Under the pieces are notes generated by a model that worked only from the letters and a program-made list of their open reading frames with translations, did not search any database and was not told where the DNA came from. A stretch of 64,000 nucleotides of DNA from Antechinus flavipes (taxonomy: Eukaryota): NCBI RefSeq assembly GCF_016432865.1, contig NC_067398.1, forward strand, positions 55,676,001 to 55,740,000, in the 5' to 3' direction. Shown piece after piece: positions 24,121 to 36,100 of this stretch. The position numbers and the translations under genes are program-made. Within the stretch, counting starts at the first letter, position 1; each line of letters begins with the position of its first letter.

Positions 24121-25488
24121 CCAACCAACTCACACTTTTTCCAAAAATCAAAGAAGAGATCCATTGAAATCTTCCCAGTTACACAAGTAATAAATTCACT
24201 TGTTTTTCAACTGGAACGTCAGTGAAGATCTACCCATCCTTTTTCCAAAAGGCTTATGAAAATTATAAAAAATGACATACACCATAACTTTGTTTCTCTT
24301 TGATACAGTAAGAGACCAAGGAGAGTGTGTGGTCTGTAAGAGCCTCCATTCTTATTGGAAATATGAAACCAAGAATTAGCTTTGCTGACCAGAAGGGATG
24401 GGGACTAGAAGAACAAACCCAGGGGCCTGTGCAGAACTTCTATGCAGCTCGAAACCTAGTTTGAGATTTTTATATACAATCCCTCACCCTTATAGTCCAA
24501 TTAGACCACATAAAATGAGGATTATGTTAGGCCTTTGGCCAATGCAAATATAAATATATTCAAGAAAGAGGCAAAGAGTTGATTAAAAAAAAATCTAACT
24601 GGCAAAGTGTGGCAAGTCCATAGCATATCCTCATTTTCTTTTCCCTGCCCCACCTCACCCAGCTATGCCTCCCTACAAGAAATAAGATTGTTGAGACCTT
24701 AATAATTCCACCAGCTTTTATATTAAATTCAAGCTGGCTTTGGATCCAAGTCTTTTAGTTTATTCATGTTTTGGGTTTGAAAATTGCATTCATTTCTATG
24801 AATGACCTATGCTTTCAATAAGAGAGTGTTTAAATCCTAAATCAAGCCCTTCCCAGACTTTGAGAATTAGACTAGTAAATGCCTCTAGGCCTTAACTGCT
24901 ATAAATGGGTCAGGTCTGGGTATCTGGATCAGAAACACATCATCAGCTTTTGTTTCCCATCTGCTCCTGTGGTCAGTGACATATTCCTACGATTATATTA
25001 CTTTTCTAATTCTCTCCTTTAATCAAATGCTTTCCATTCAAGGATGTTTTCTTGACAGAGTGCAGAAAACTTCTCTGTCATTCCCACCCTCAAATCCATA
25101 CTTATTTTATGCATGGACCCATGGCTTTAAATGTATCATACACCATACATAAGATTATGAAGGGAACTGATTATATTGGAATACAATTCTTAAATATATG
25201 TAAAATAGAATTATTAAAATAAAGATTTCTTAATCGCCACAATAATTTTCTTTGAATATAGCACACCTTACCATCATTATATTCTAGGAAGGAAAGTTGA
25301 TGTCTTGTGATTTTTATGAGGTAATACTTATTTCTCCATATTAAATTATCAAGTTTTATTGATTGCCCTTTATACTCTGTGTACATAGTTATACTTTGTA
25401 CATGGTTATTCTCTGTACATGGTTATACAGATGTCTACATCTTTGATTTTCTCTCAAAAATTTCGAAAGACCTGTTCCATTTTTATTC

Positions 25489-25628
25489 TTTTTTTTTTTT
25501 TTTTTTTGCTGAGGCAATTGGGGTTAAGTGACTTGCCCAGGGTCACACAGCTAGTAAGTGTTAAGTGTCTGAGGCCAGATTTGAACTCGTCTTCCTGACT
25601 TCAGGGCTAGTGCCCACCTAGCTGCCCC
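25489..25628 (-). mobile_element. WSINE1 with long poly(A) tail and small internal deletion
   Basis: Poly-T, then GCTGAGGCAATTGGGGTTAAGTGACTTGCCCAGGGTCACACAG...CCACCTAGCTGCCCC; lacks the CTATCCACTGCG segment present in the copy at 29111-29255. Confidence 0.9.
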
Positions 25629-25689
25629 TTCACTTTTATTTTTATTTCATTATTATACATGAAATCTTAAAAAGTAGTTCAATTTATAA

Positions 25690-26260
25690 TGAGCTGAGCA
25701 ATTCCCACTTCCATTTCTAATTATGGATCTCTTGATTAGACAAATACTTTCTTCCCAGTCCTAAGAGCTTCTCATTGACATCCTAAATCATGGTTGAGAA
25801 AACCAAATCTTGTTTTTAACATCATCTATGTAGACATCTAAGCATTCTCACATTCTCTTTTCTCTAGTAAGTTCCCAAGCTATCACTTGAAGGAGAGAGA
25901 AATGCTTCCGTTTCCTGATCAGGATAATTCCTATAGATACTTATCAAGTTTCTTCTGATGGTTATCATGACATTGTTAGTAAGTTGCAGCCAATAAATAG
26001 GTTTGAAAAGTATCATCTGGTTCTCTGTCAAATACTGGATACATACTCCAAGAAGTCAACACAGTTCCCAATGGGTCATATTGGGTATATTCCATACCCA
26101 TTTCTATACCACTCAGAATGGAGTCACCAGTTGCCATGACACCTTTTTCCTCTTCTGAAGCAAGAAATAGATTGTCTTGCATCTGCTGAAACCTATTAAT
26201 ACTCTCAAAATATCACTTCTTCCTCAATTTGTCTAGATTAAAATTTATGGCAAGATTTTC
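25690..26260 (-). mobile_element. L3/CR1 ORF1 (SGNH esterase-like) remnant
   Basis: Frame 25976-26182 reads EKGVMATGDSILSGIE, matching the CR1 ORF1 motif (RRVxVxGDSxLRGxE). Confidence 0.6.
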
Positions 26261-26523
26261 ATACCTGTTATGTGATCCCAGCAGTTAAGAATGTCTCTTC
26301 TCTTTCTCCTATGTCCCATTCTCTGACTCATCAACATTTAAATCTATTTTGATTACTTGTTACATTTTTTAACTTCCTGAATGCCATCCTTCTCAGTTTA
26401 TTTCTTAATTAAGTTAATTATCAGCATCTCCACTTTACCCTGTTCAATTACCCCTGTTTTCACATTGTCCACTCATTAGACTGGGAGCTACTTGAGAGTA
26501 GGGATTCTCGAGTTTCTCCTTAC

Positions 26524-26650
26524 CTGTATGGAAAACTAAGGGCAAATTCCTCTAAATCCTCTTCCTTCTTGCTTTTGCTGTGCGTTGCAATCTTATTTTG
26601 AAGTACGTGAGTCCAAGAGTTAGCATCTTCTTTTGCTTGAATACCAGGAT
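26524..26650 (-). CDS. C3orf22: C3orf22 ortholog, coding exon (127 nt, phase 1/2), no in-frame ATG
   Basis: atttttccag|AT ... TAC AG|gtaagg. Encodes PGIQAKEDANSWTHVLQNKIATHSKSKKEEDLEEFALSFPY(R); EEFALSFPYR matches recalled human ENFAKKFPYR; phase 2 joins the 15870 exon. Confidence 0.82.
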
Positions 26651-26834
26651 CTGGAAAAATAAGATTCAAAGGTGCAAAGAATTGAGGAAGAGGAAGCATC
26701 AATTATATCAGAGAAGGAAGAAATCAGGACACCAAAACGCCAGATCGAGGCACATCCTGCTAGATCTCCAGGTTCCCTTTACCTATTTGTAGATGATAAT
26801 ATTCTCTCTATTCCCCAAGGAATAGGAAGAATGA

Positions 26835-27075
26835 GAACAGGCAGCTTGGTGGTACTAGGCAAGAAAACAATAGGTTTAGAGTTAGGAAGACCTGAATTCA
26901 AATCCAGATTCAGGTCCTAACTAGAGATTTGGCTCTGAGCATGTCACTTTAACCTGTTTGCCTCAGTTTTCCCATCTATAAAATGGGAATAATGGTTCTT
27001 GCCAGGATTTTGAGCACCGAATGAGATCATAATTGCAGTACTTGGCACACAGTGAGCATTAAATAAACCTTATCC
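26835..27075 (+). mobile_element. MIR SINE
   Basis: tRNA-like head (GGAAGACCTGAATTCAAATCC) plus core (TTTGCCTCAGTTTTCCCATCTATAAAATGGGAATAAT). Confidence 0.8.
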
Positions 27076-29110
27076 GGTTAGCTACACGGAGACTATCATT
27101 AAAGGATTTTCACACACTTTATCTTTGCTTACCAAACTACTACTCAGTTCCATTCTTCATTTAGATTCACCATTTATGAATTCACTATCACAATCTCAGC
27201 TCCATTACTCTGGTCCCCTCACCACCCTCTTCCTTACCACTCTCCTCTCACTCATTCCCATCATTATGGGGGAATACCTTTCTTTCTCTTCCAGTCACTC
27301 ATCCAACCTCTCCATCCACAAAGATAAGTCCCTTTTTTTTACACACTTTGATTCCCCCCAGAAATCACTTTGTGGAGCCATCAATAGTAGTGAGAAGCAC
27401 CATTTAATGTGCAAGGCAAAAAAATTTGACAGAATAACCTCAATTTTAATCACTTCTTTAGGTGAACAAGCATCCTGGAAACTGTTCTTTGCCATGTTTG
27501 GTTTTGAATTCCTTCATCTATGAACAAATTGTAAAGTGCTTCATCTTGCTCTTTTGAATAACCAAGCAAGTAACCCAGTAGTTCACAAGGTCATTCAATT
27601 TTTCTTCTGGTCTCCTTTCCTGAAGGATGGAGCTAAGCTTGGGAAGAGGCATCCCAGTCTCCAAACTATTTGCATTTGCAAACATTTGAGCCTAAAGACG
27701 ATTCCCTGGGTCCAGCTTTCCCAGTCTACTCCTATTCCCTGGATAACAGCCATCTGTTGTCAAAAACACTTCAGACAAGTAACTTCACCTGATGGGAGCT
27801 GACTTATATGTTTTCCAAGATGAATCTCTGTTGTTTTGAGAAATGCACTGAGTGCAAGTCAAAGGGAACTGTCTGATAAATTAATTTTAATAAGCTCATC
27901 ATAATGTGCCAACTTGTCGAATGCCCATAAGGTAACAAAGCAGAAAAAAATCAAATCTAATCATAAATCAGATCTAATAAAAATACAAACCAACTTACAT
28001 GATAACTTATATTATAATAGAGAAGTTTTTAGCAACAACCATGTTAAGGACAACTTTCACCATATACTAAAGATTGAGCCCTGGGCCTCTATCCAGGTCC
28101 CCATGACATCATCAAGGGAGGAGTAGTTGAAATCACAATTGATGCTGTTTGTCATTTTTCCTGAGGTCATTACCAGGCTACTGGTGGACAAAAATTATTG
28201 TATATATAAATATTACCATCCTTTCCTGAAATTTTGCAAATAATGACAAATAATCAGAGGATGTGAAATGGAATGATCATAAATTTAGAATTAGGATGGA
28301 GGCTCTCATTCTGCAGATGGGAAAACTAAGGCATATAGTTTATTTAAGGGACTTGCCCAAGGTAATGAGAGAGAGAAAGGTGGGATCTGAATCCAGATCC
28401 TCTGACTTGAGTCTAGTAGACCTTTCCACACTCTATCATCATCTCTCTGGAGTATCCTTACTATTCTGATAGAACAGGTTGAAAGTTCTAGGGATAAAGG
28501 AAGAGGACTCAGACCCATTCTTTGTGATACCAGAGGGTAAAACTAGAACCAATGAGGGGAAGCTAATTGCATAAAAGCTAGCATTTGTATGATATTTTTC
28601 CATATGTCATTACATTCTTACAATAACCTGTGAAGTAGATGCTACTATTCTCATCCCCCCTTTTTACCGATGAAGAAACTGAAGCTGAATGAGATCAAAT
28701 GACTTGCTCAGGATCATCACACAGTTAGTAAAGTGTATAAACTCAGGCCAGGAATTTATATACACTGTTACCAATTAGCTGCCATAAAGATAGAGGGCTA
28801 AAAGATAGATGATGGTAGTCATAAATGGTCAAGGTGAAAGAACCACCATCAGGGATATGGCAAAGGCATTCCCTGCACTGGGTAACTAGATTGCCTCTAA
28901 GATCCTTTCCAGTCTTAACATGCAACTTTCTATTCCATTCTATAGATATACATACAAAATTAACTAATGATATCTATAGAAGCTAGAAAAAAGAGAGAGA
29001 AAGTGATTCTGATATTTTTTTAATCTCTTAAGAGATTTTATTTTTAAGGCAAATGGTTAAATTGGTCACTTCTCAAAGTGATAGTGGCAAAGGAATAAAA
29101 CTAGGTGACT

Positions 29111-29255
29111 TTTTTTTTCCCTGAGACAATTGGGGTTAAGTGATTTGCCCAGGGTCACACAGCTGGGAAGAGTTAAGTATCTAAGGTCAAATTTAAACTC
29201 AGGTTCTCCTGACTTCAGGGCTGATGCGCTATCCACTGCGCCACCTAGCTGCCCC
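29111..29255 (-). mobile_element. Full-length WSINE1
   Basis: Complete head to poly(A); flanking direct repeat TAGGTGACT at 29102-29110 and 29259-29267. Confidence 0.92.
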
Positions 29256-30487
29256 TATTAGGTGACTTAAAAGCTTGAGATTTTAATTTTTTGACCCTGT
29301 TAAGAAAGATAAATGTGGATACCTACTATTCTGGAGTAGAAGTTCTAATGTAGAAAACTGCTTATTTTGAATTTTCCTGGATACTAAATAAAGATGGTGT
29401 AGCAGCAATTGGTAGAGAAGCCTTGGGAGTCAGAAAGACCCTGGAGACCCATAGTGATTGTGTGACCTTTGGGCAATTCACTTTTCATTCTCCTAAACAA
29501 CTACTAGAGACTATAATTACAGAGGAGTTGTCGATTTTCATAGGTGGGGGAAATCTTTCAAACTAGAAACCATGAGATGGCATTGACAGACAAAGAGAGA
29601 AAGAGACAGAAAAACAGAGACAGAGAGACCAAGTGAGCTGGTCAACTTTCTTGGATAGTAAAATTTAAAAGCAAGTCTAAAATAGAAAAACGCATGTATT
29701 TGTGCCTTGATAAAAAGAAAGATTTTCTAGCCTTTAATAGTGGAATGGGATGGAGTGGGCTCCTCTCTTCACTGGAAGACTTTGATCAAAGGTTAAGTGA
29801 GGTCATTTGCCAGGTGATGAATAAATTGCTTGTTCAGGAGTGGGTTGGGAGAGCCTCTGATTTCCCTCCTAGTTCTGAAATTCTAGAATGTGGGGACTCA
29901 GTCCAAGTCCTTGTTCCAACATGTGCTATATAAAATGGAGCTTCATTTGCCTTCCTGCCCCCTTCACTTTGAACAAGGGCTTCTCTTTGGAGGGCAGGTT
30001 GTCTGGAGCTAAAGAATCCCATGTTCTTTCTCATCTAGATGAAGGCATTAAGTTACTATCTTAAAAGGTCTTACATATGGGTACAGAAACGGGCAGGCCA
30101 CAGTTTTTATGTGGTTTCACAACATCTTTGAGCTGGTCTTTCTTGAGATCAACTTCCATTTCTTGCTCCTTGGGGACAATTTTCTGTTCAATATTGCTTT
30201 TCACATTAGAATCAGACCTGGTAAATAGGAAGACAAAGAAATATTGAGAACATTTTTCACAATCCCCACATTGGAACCCAGCATAAAATTGCTGGACAGG
30301 AGGCTAGGGTAGAAAGATGTTAATCAAAGCAACAGTATTTAAAGAACAAATAAAAGAAAAAAATTAAAAAATACTGAAATCAAGAAAACTACAATTAAAT
30401 TGAGAAGACAAAATTTACATACATTAAAATCCAAGAACAATAGAGGGCTCAGCATATAATGAAGTAACAAATTAGATGGTATACACT

Positions 30488-30630
30488 AGAAGTTCTTCAC
30501 CTTGTTTGTGAAATGGACCCTTTTGGCCATCTGGTGAAACCCTATGGACCCTTCCTCTGAATTAATATTTCAAATGCATGAAATAAAATACTTAGGATTA
30601 CACTCAAAACCCTATCTTTTAGCAAATAAG
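30488..30630 (+). mobile_element. Old hAT-Charlie (Charlie4-like) fragment
   Basis: ATGGACCCTTTTGGCCATCTGGTGAAACCCTATGGACCCTT...AATGCATGAAATAAAATACTTAGGATTAC; family name from recall. Confidence 0.6.
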
Positions 30631-30954
30631 TAGAGTCCAGCAAAATAAGTAATATATTGGCAATGTACAAAAACGTATAAATCATTCTGTACCACCTTAC
30701 CTCTGTATCAATATGCAGGAAGCATGCTTTCCCCCATTGAACCCACTGAAATCCTAATTGGTTATTTGTTTTGGTCAAAATTCTGAAGAAATTTCAATGT
30801 TATTTTCCTTTACATTATTGTGGTCAGGCTATATGATTTGCAAATTCTAAAAATGTTGTGGATCTAGGAAGTCATCATAGTAACCTTTGTATAGCTTCCT
30901 CTAATTCTACCTGAGTTCTTTCTTATACTGCTTTTCTGATCATTAGGAGGTATT

Positions 30955-31470
30955 CATGATCATAGAGTTAGAAAATCTAAAACTTGAAAGTCTCAAGGTA
31001 TCTAGCCTAACCTCTAATAAAATCTCTTCTACAACATTTCCAAGAAGTCATCCAGCCTCTGCTTAAAGACCTTCATTGATGGGGAACTCATTAAGCACTG
31101 AGACAGCCCATTTCATTTTGGGACACCTCTCATTGGTAGGAAGTATTGGTAGGAAGTCAGCAAATACTGACTTAGTGAGTTCAAATCTGACTTTAGATAC
31201 ATACTAGCTATATGACCCTGGATAAGACACTTCATTCTGTTTGCCTCAGTTTCCTCATCTGTAAAATAAGCCAGAAAAGGAAATGGCAAGCCACTCCATT
31301 ATTTTTGCCAAGAAAACTCCAAATGAGGTCATGGGCAAATACTACTGAGAAATAACTAAACTAAATTTGATGATGTAGTAAACCGCAGTCTTCCTCCCTG
31401 CAGCTCCTAACCAAACAGTGCTCTTTGTCCTGCTCTCAAGGCTAAACAGAATAAGTCTATTACTATATTT
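30955..31470 (-). mobile_element. L3/CR1 3' end interrupted by a MAR1 SINE (about 31160-31370, plus strand)
   Basis: Antisense L3 3' sequence (CATCCAGCCTCTGCTTAAAGACC...GGGGAACTCA) on both sides of a CORE-SINE. Confidence 0.65.
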
Positions 31471-32469
31471 AGCTATACTACTTTCCTTATGAAAAATTTC
31501 TCACAAACAGAAAAACAACAATGCAGATAGTTCTATGGTGTCTTACCATCTCCCTAAGTGCTCCCCTGCTCTTCCTCCATCCCCATCCCACCCAGTTTCA
31601 GTAAATCTACTGAGGGGAGTCCATATGTGTCCTACTCAAGGCTCCTCAGTTTCTCAATGACCTAAAAGGGGAAAATTTAACTGAATGAGATTTTAAAGTT
31701 CTACTGAAATGGAAATGAAAACAACAGATAAAGGTAGGGGCAAATTTTTACCCTGACCATTTCTCAATTGATAACTCCTTTTCCCCAGAATCTACAAAGT
31801 CTCCCTATTTCTCAATCTGGATTTCAAAATCCTCTAGAATGCATTTCTTGTTTTGTCATACTATCTAAAAATCATTCTTTTTCAAAAACTTTCCATCCCA
31901 AACAGGCTATTTTTAGTACTTTCTGCATTCATTGTTCATTCATTGTCTTGGAATTCCCATCACTATCAATTCAGGCCTTTTCTTCTCTAATTTCAAGCCC
32001 TTTTCAAAGCTTGCCCACTCCAGCAAGGCTTTTCCCAGTTAAATTCTATTGCACTCTGATCATTATGTTCCATCTGGATATATGAACAGGTAATTCCCAA
32101 TTTAAAAGAATAAATTACAAATATTCTATATATTATGTAATCCAAGGACACCACTAATTTCAAGACAGCAACCAAGCTGTCCTAGACTAATAGAGCCATC
32201 TAGTAGATGGTGAGGGAAATATTTAACCCAACATTGCTTTCCTATTTTTCTTTCTCCCTCAGAGAGATATGCACACATCACACTTATCCCTTTCCCTATG
32301 TCTTCATTGTTAATAGCTGAGTTGATATACACTCAGAGGCATATATATTTATCCTTTTTAATCTTCCCTTCCTCTATCCTTCTTTCTTCTAATTCTTATG
32401 CAATTTCTTGAGGAAGAATCTCTCCTCCTCTTCCTCTTCTCTTTTGCTTTTTAAAATCCTTTCTTCTTC

Positions 32470-32648
32470 TCTCTCTTTCATTTGTCAGGAAAAAAGGAAT
32501 CAATCCCTAATTCTGCTAAAACAAAACAAAACATTTGCAAAGGTTTGCAAAACATTTCCATAAAAGTCAAGTTTCAAAAAAACAAAAAATAGATCTACCA
32601 CCCTAATGAAAATTAAAATCAGAGAGCGAGAGCGAGAGCGAGAGCGAG

Positions 32649-32686
<38 letters not shown>

Positions 32687-33170
32687 AATCTGTATTTGAA
32701 CAACCATTTTTTCCACTGGTTATGGATAGGATTTTTCATCATAAATCCCTTATAGCAGTCATGGATGATTGCACTACACGGATGATTGAAAACAGCAAAA
32801 GTCTTTCACAACTGGCCATCCAAGAACATTGCTATTACTCTGTATACTGTACACTTCACTTTGCTTGAGTTCATGGAGTACTTTCTAGATATTTTTTTCC
32901 CTTAGAGCATCCTGCCCATCATTTCCCATAGAGCAATAGTATTCCATCATAAACACACACCATAATTTATTGAGCCATTCCCTAATTGATAGTAATCCTC
33001 TCAATTTCCAATTTTTTTTTTTGGTCCAAGAAGAGTCTTGCTATGAATATTTTTTTTACATATAGTTGATTTTCCTTTTTTAAAATCTCATTTGATATTC
33101 ATACCAAGTAGTAGTAGTGCTAAATCAAAAGATATACATGGATTTATAACCCATTGGGCCCAGATCATAT
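32470..33170 (-). mobile_element. L1 3' end (late ORF2/3' UTR)
   Basis: CAATAGTATTCCATCATAAACACACACCATAATTTATTGAGCCATTCCCTAATTGAT...CTCAATTTCCAATT is the typical antisense marsupial L1 pattern. Confidence 0.75.
32621..32682. repeat. Compound (GAGAGC)n-(GA)n microsatellite
   Basis: Seen directly. Confidence 0.97.
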
Positions 33171-36100
33171 CTTTTAATCATTTATTAAAAATGGATACTT
33201 CTAATAAGTCATGAAATGGACATAAGTGCTGACATTGTTCTCTGAGCCCTGTGATAAGCCCTCTCACCTGTAAAGCATACCTCAGTGAAACCCTACTGAT
33301 GTCGAAGACATCATCCCTGCCCTTATGATCCTGCAGAGGAACGAATGGGGTGCAAAGAAATCTTTTCAATGAACTTCTCTGTTCAAAATGTTCTAGATAT
33401 GGATTTGGTTGCTTAACATTCTAACTGAAAGTTTCAAAATTAACTTCTTATTGCTCGATAAAGTCCAGGTTTTCAGGACTCCAGTTGTTGCTTTCCTGAC
33501 AAAGATATTGCTTCTCCAGCTCATTTTACAGGAGCAGAAAGTGGGTCACACAGCTAATAAAGTGCCCGAAGCCAGGTTTGAATTCAGGAAGATGAGTCTT
33601 CTTGACTCTAGCTGCTCCTCTGAAGGAATTACAAAGTTATTAAATAAAAGTAACTAGTAACCTATTAGATACAAATCTGAGTAGAGCCATCTTCTAAGAG
33701 GAAGGAACTGTTGCACTCAATCTTTATAGAGAGTAGATTAAAAAGAAATTCAGGACAATGAGGGAGCTGCTCAAGCAGGGTTTGTGCTTCCTGAGTACAT
33801 CTTCACTCACAGATATGGAAGACTTGGGAGAGCCAACCATTTGAAGAGTAATGACTCCTGCACTCTCATCCCTCTGCTCGTCTTTACCTTGTCCCCATTG
33901 CCTTGTCCACTAGCTGCCAGACTACACTGACCACCTGGCTTAGCCAGCCCATCTCGTCCAGATCTCAAAGACCCCATTTGCAGTGTGCCGACCTGGACTC
34001 TCCTTTCCTTTTGTCTTTCCTCCTCCAAACTGGAAATCTCTGTACAATGATCCCACCTTCCTTCCCTCTGTCCAGCCCCACTTCCCAGGTTGCCTTTTTT
34101 ATTAGAATTAGAGTCTGAAAGGACCTTAGATATCATCAAATTTAGTATCTGCATTTTACAAATGACAAAAGACTGAATTGAGAGGGATAAAGCTGGTATT
34201 TAAAAGGATTTGAACTTAGGGTTTCCAACTCCTAATGTAGCATTCAATCCACTATTCCAGGCTGCCCCTCAAAATTCAGTACCTCATCTGTTTCTGTTCA
34301 ACTTCAGTTTTATTCCCTGCTACTGCAGGGTCATTCTTATATATTCTTTCCTAGGACTGGTCCTTCACTTAGCCATTTAACATAAATCAACTTATTTCCC
34401 TATCCTAGCCCTAGCCTCTTTTCCATTGCTATGTGTCCTACTGCTTCTCTCCAGAACTATAAGTGGACATGTTACAAAGATTTAGTCTAGAGAAGAGGGA
34501 GGAGAAAACAGGCCCTGAGACACTGGCATATGGCCATTTCTGGCAAGGTCTCCATATAGGGGGTAGGAAGGAGGCCGCAACTTGGTCTTCTCTCTATGTT
34601 AACTAATTATTCCAAATAAGATGGTTCTAAACTCTTTGTTCCTATAACACTGTCAGAACCTTCAAAGTTTGGTACCCCAAGTCACTCTGTTATAAACCCC
34701 ATTCTGTAAACCACAACCTGACACAAACACTCTTTTCTGCTAAAATTTTCCTGACAAGTAAGAGATAATCTCGGAATGGAGAAAAAGGAAAGGAGAATGT
34801 TGAGCTAGAAACCTAGAGAATCCAATAAAAGCCTTGGGAAGGTCTTCACCAATGTTAAAGTTTGAGTAAGTGAAAATCACCAAGGCTGTCTTTCTTTAAA
34901 ACTGAGAACTGGATAAAAGAAAGAAGCTAGAATGGTAGGCATTACAAGACAGTGAAAAAAGGAAGCTGTTTGTATCTAAAGAGTCTTTTTGCTTTGAAAA
35001 TGGGATTTGCTTGGATGTACACATAATATCACTAAAATGTAGCTGCTTTATTAATGGCATCTATTTTGGGTAATAAAATGGCATTGAAAATTTGTGCTTA
35101 TCATTCAATGGAGGATCAAGCAGAATCTCAGGGGAAACAGTGCCTTGTTCACCCAGAGTAAATGGTGGTGGTAGTTTAATCTAAATTTTAGGGGCAACTT
35201 CTAGAAAGGTGAGTAAATGCCTTGATAGCTAAACAGGCAAAACCAAAGCCATGAGCTGATAACTGCTGAAGGGGTAGATAAATAATAAAAACAAGATCAT
35301 AAATCATTCTAAAATAGTTATGTCTTGTTCCCTTCTCCTTCTGGTCTACAGCTGAGCAAGGAGAGAGAGTATGGACCATGAGCTGACTCCTCATGCTATT
35401 AAGAAGTAGGACAGCTTATCACTTTCCAATGACCTTAAGTGACAAGGAGCAGTGGTGAATAGCCCACCTAGTAGTTAGGATGGACCGACCCCAATGACAA
35501 CTGACCAACTTGCCATCATTGGCATATGCTCCAGAATATCATAATAACAAGTCTCCAGAGGGCAAAATGCAATCTAACTAAGGAAGGCACATTTTTCTTC
35601 TGTGATCGATTCTAGTGGAGTTGGTTATGGTGATAACAATATCATAGCTCTCTCTTTGCAGCTATAAAATACTTTCAACATATATTCCCTCATTTGATCC
35701 TTGTCTCCATCTCAAGAGATAGATAATGTGAGTGTTATCATTTCAATTTTACAGGTGAGGAAAACTGAGCTTCAGAAAATAATGACAACCAATGTCTTGG
35801 AACTAGTAGGTGGTAGAACCAGGGTTCAAAAACACAATTGTTCTGGCTTGAAATTCAAGATTTTCCCACTATTTGGTATTATAAGTACCAAAGGAACATC
35901 ACTGTAAGGAAAGGGATTTGAATAGAGCAAGCCTTCTGAAAAAGTTTGCTCATTAGACATTACCTAGAAAAGTATAGTCCCCAGGGACCCAATTATGTCA
36001 AAGCCTCAGTGTGACAAAAATACATGTTCTATAATAGATGGATTACAGCATGGAGTTAGCTAATGCAAGGGATTATGGGAAACTTGTGGCTCCCACCCTG

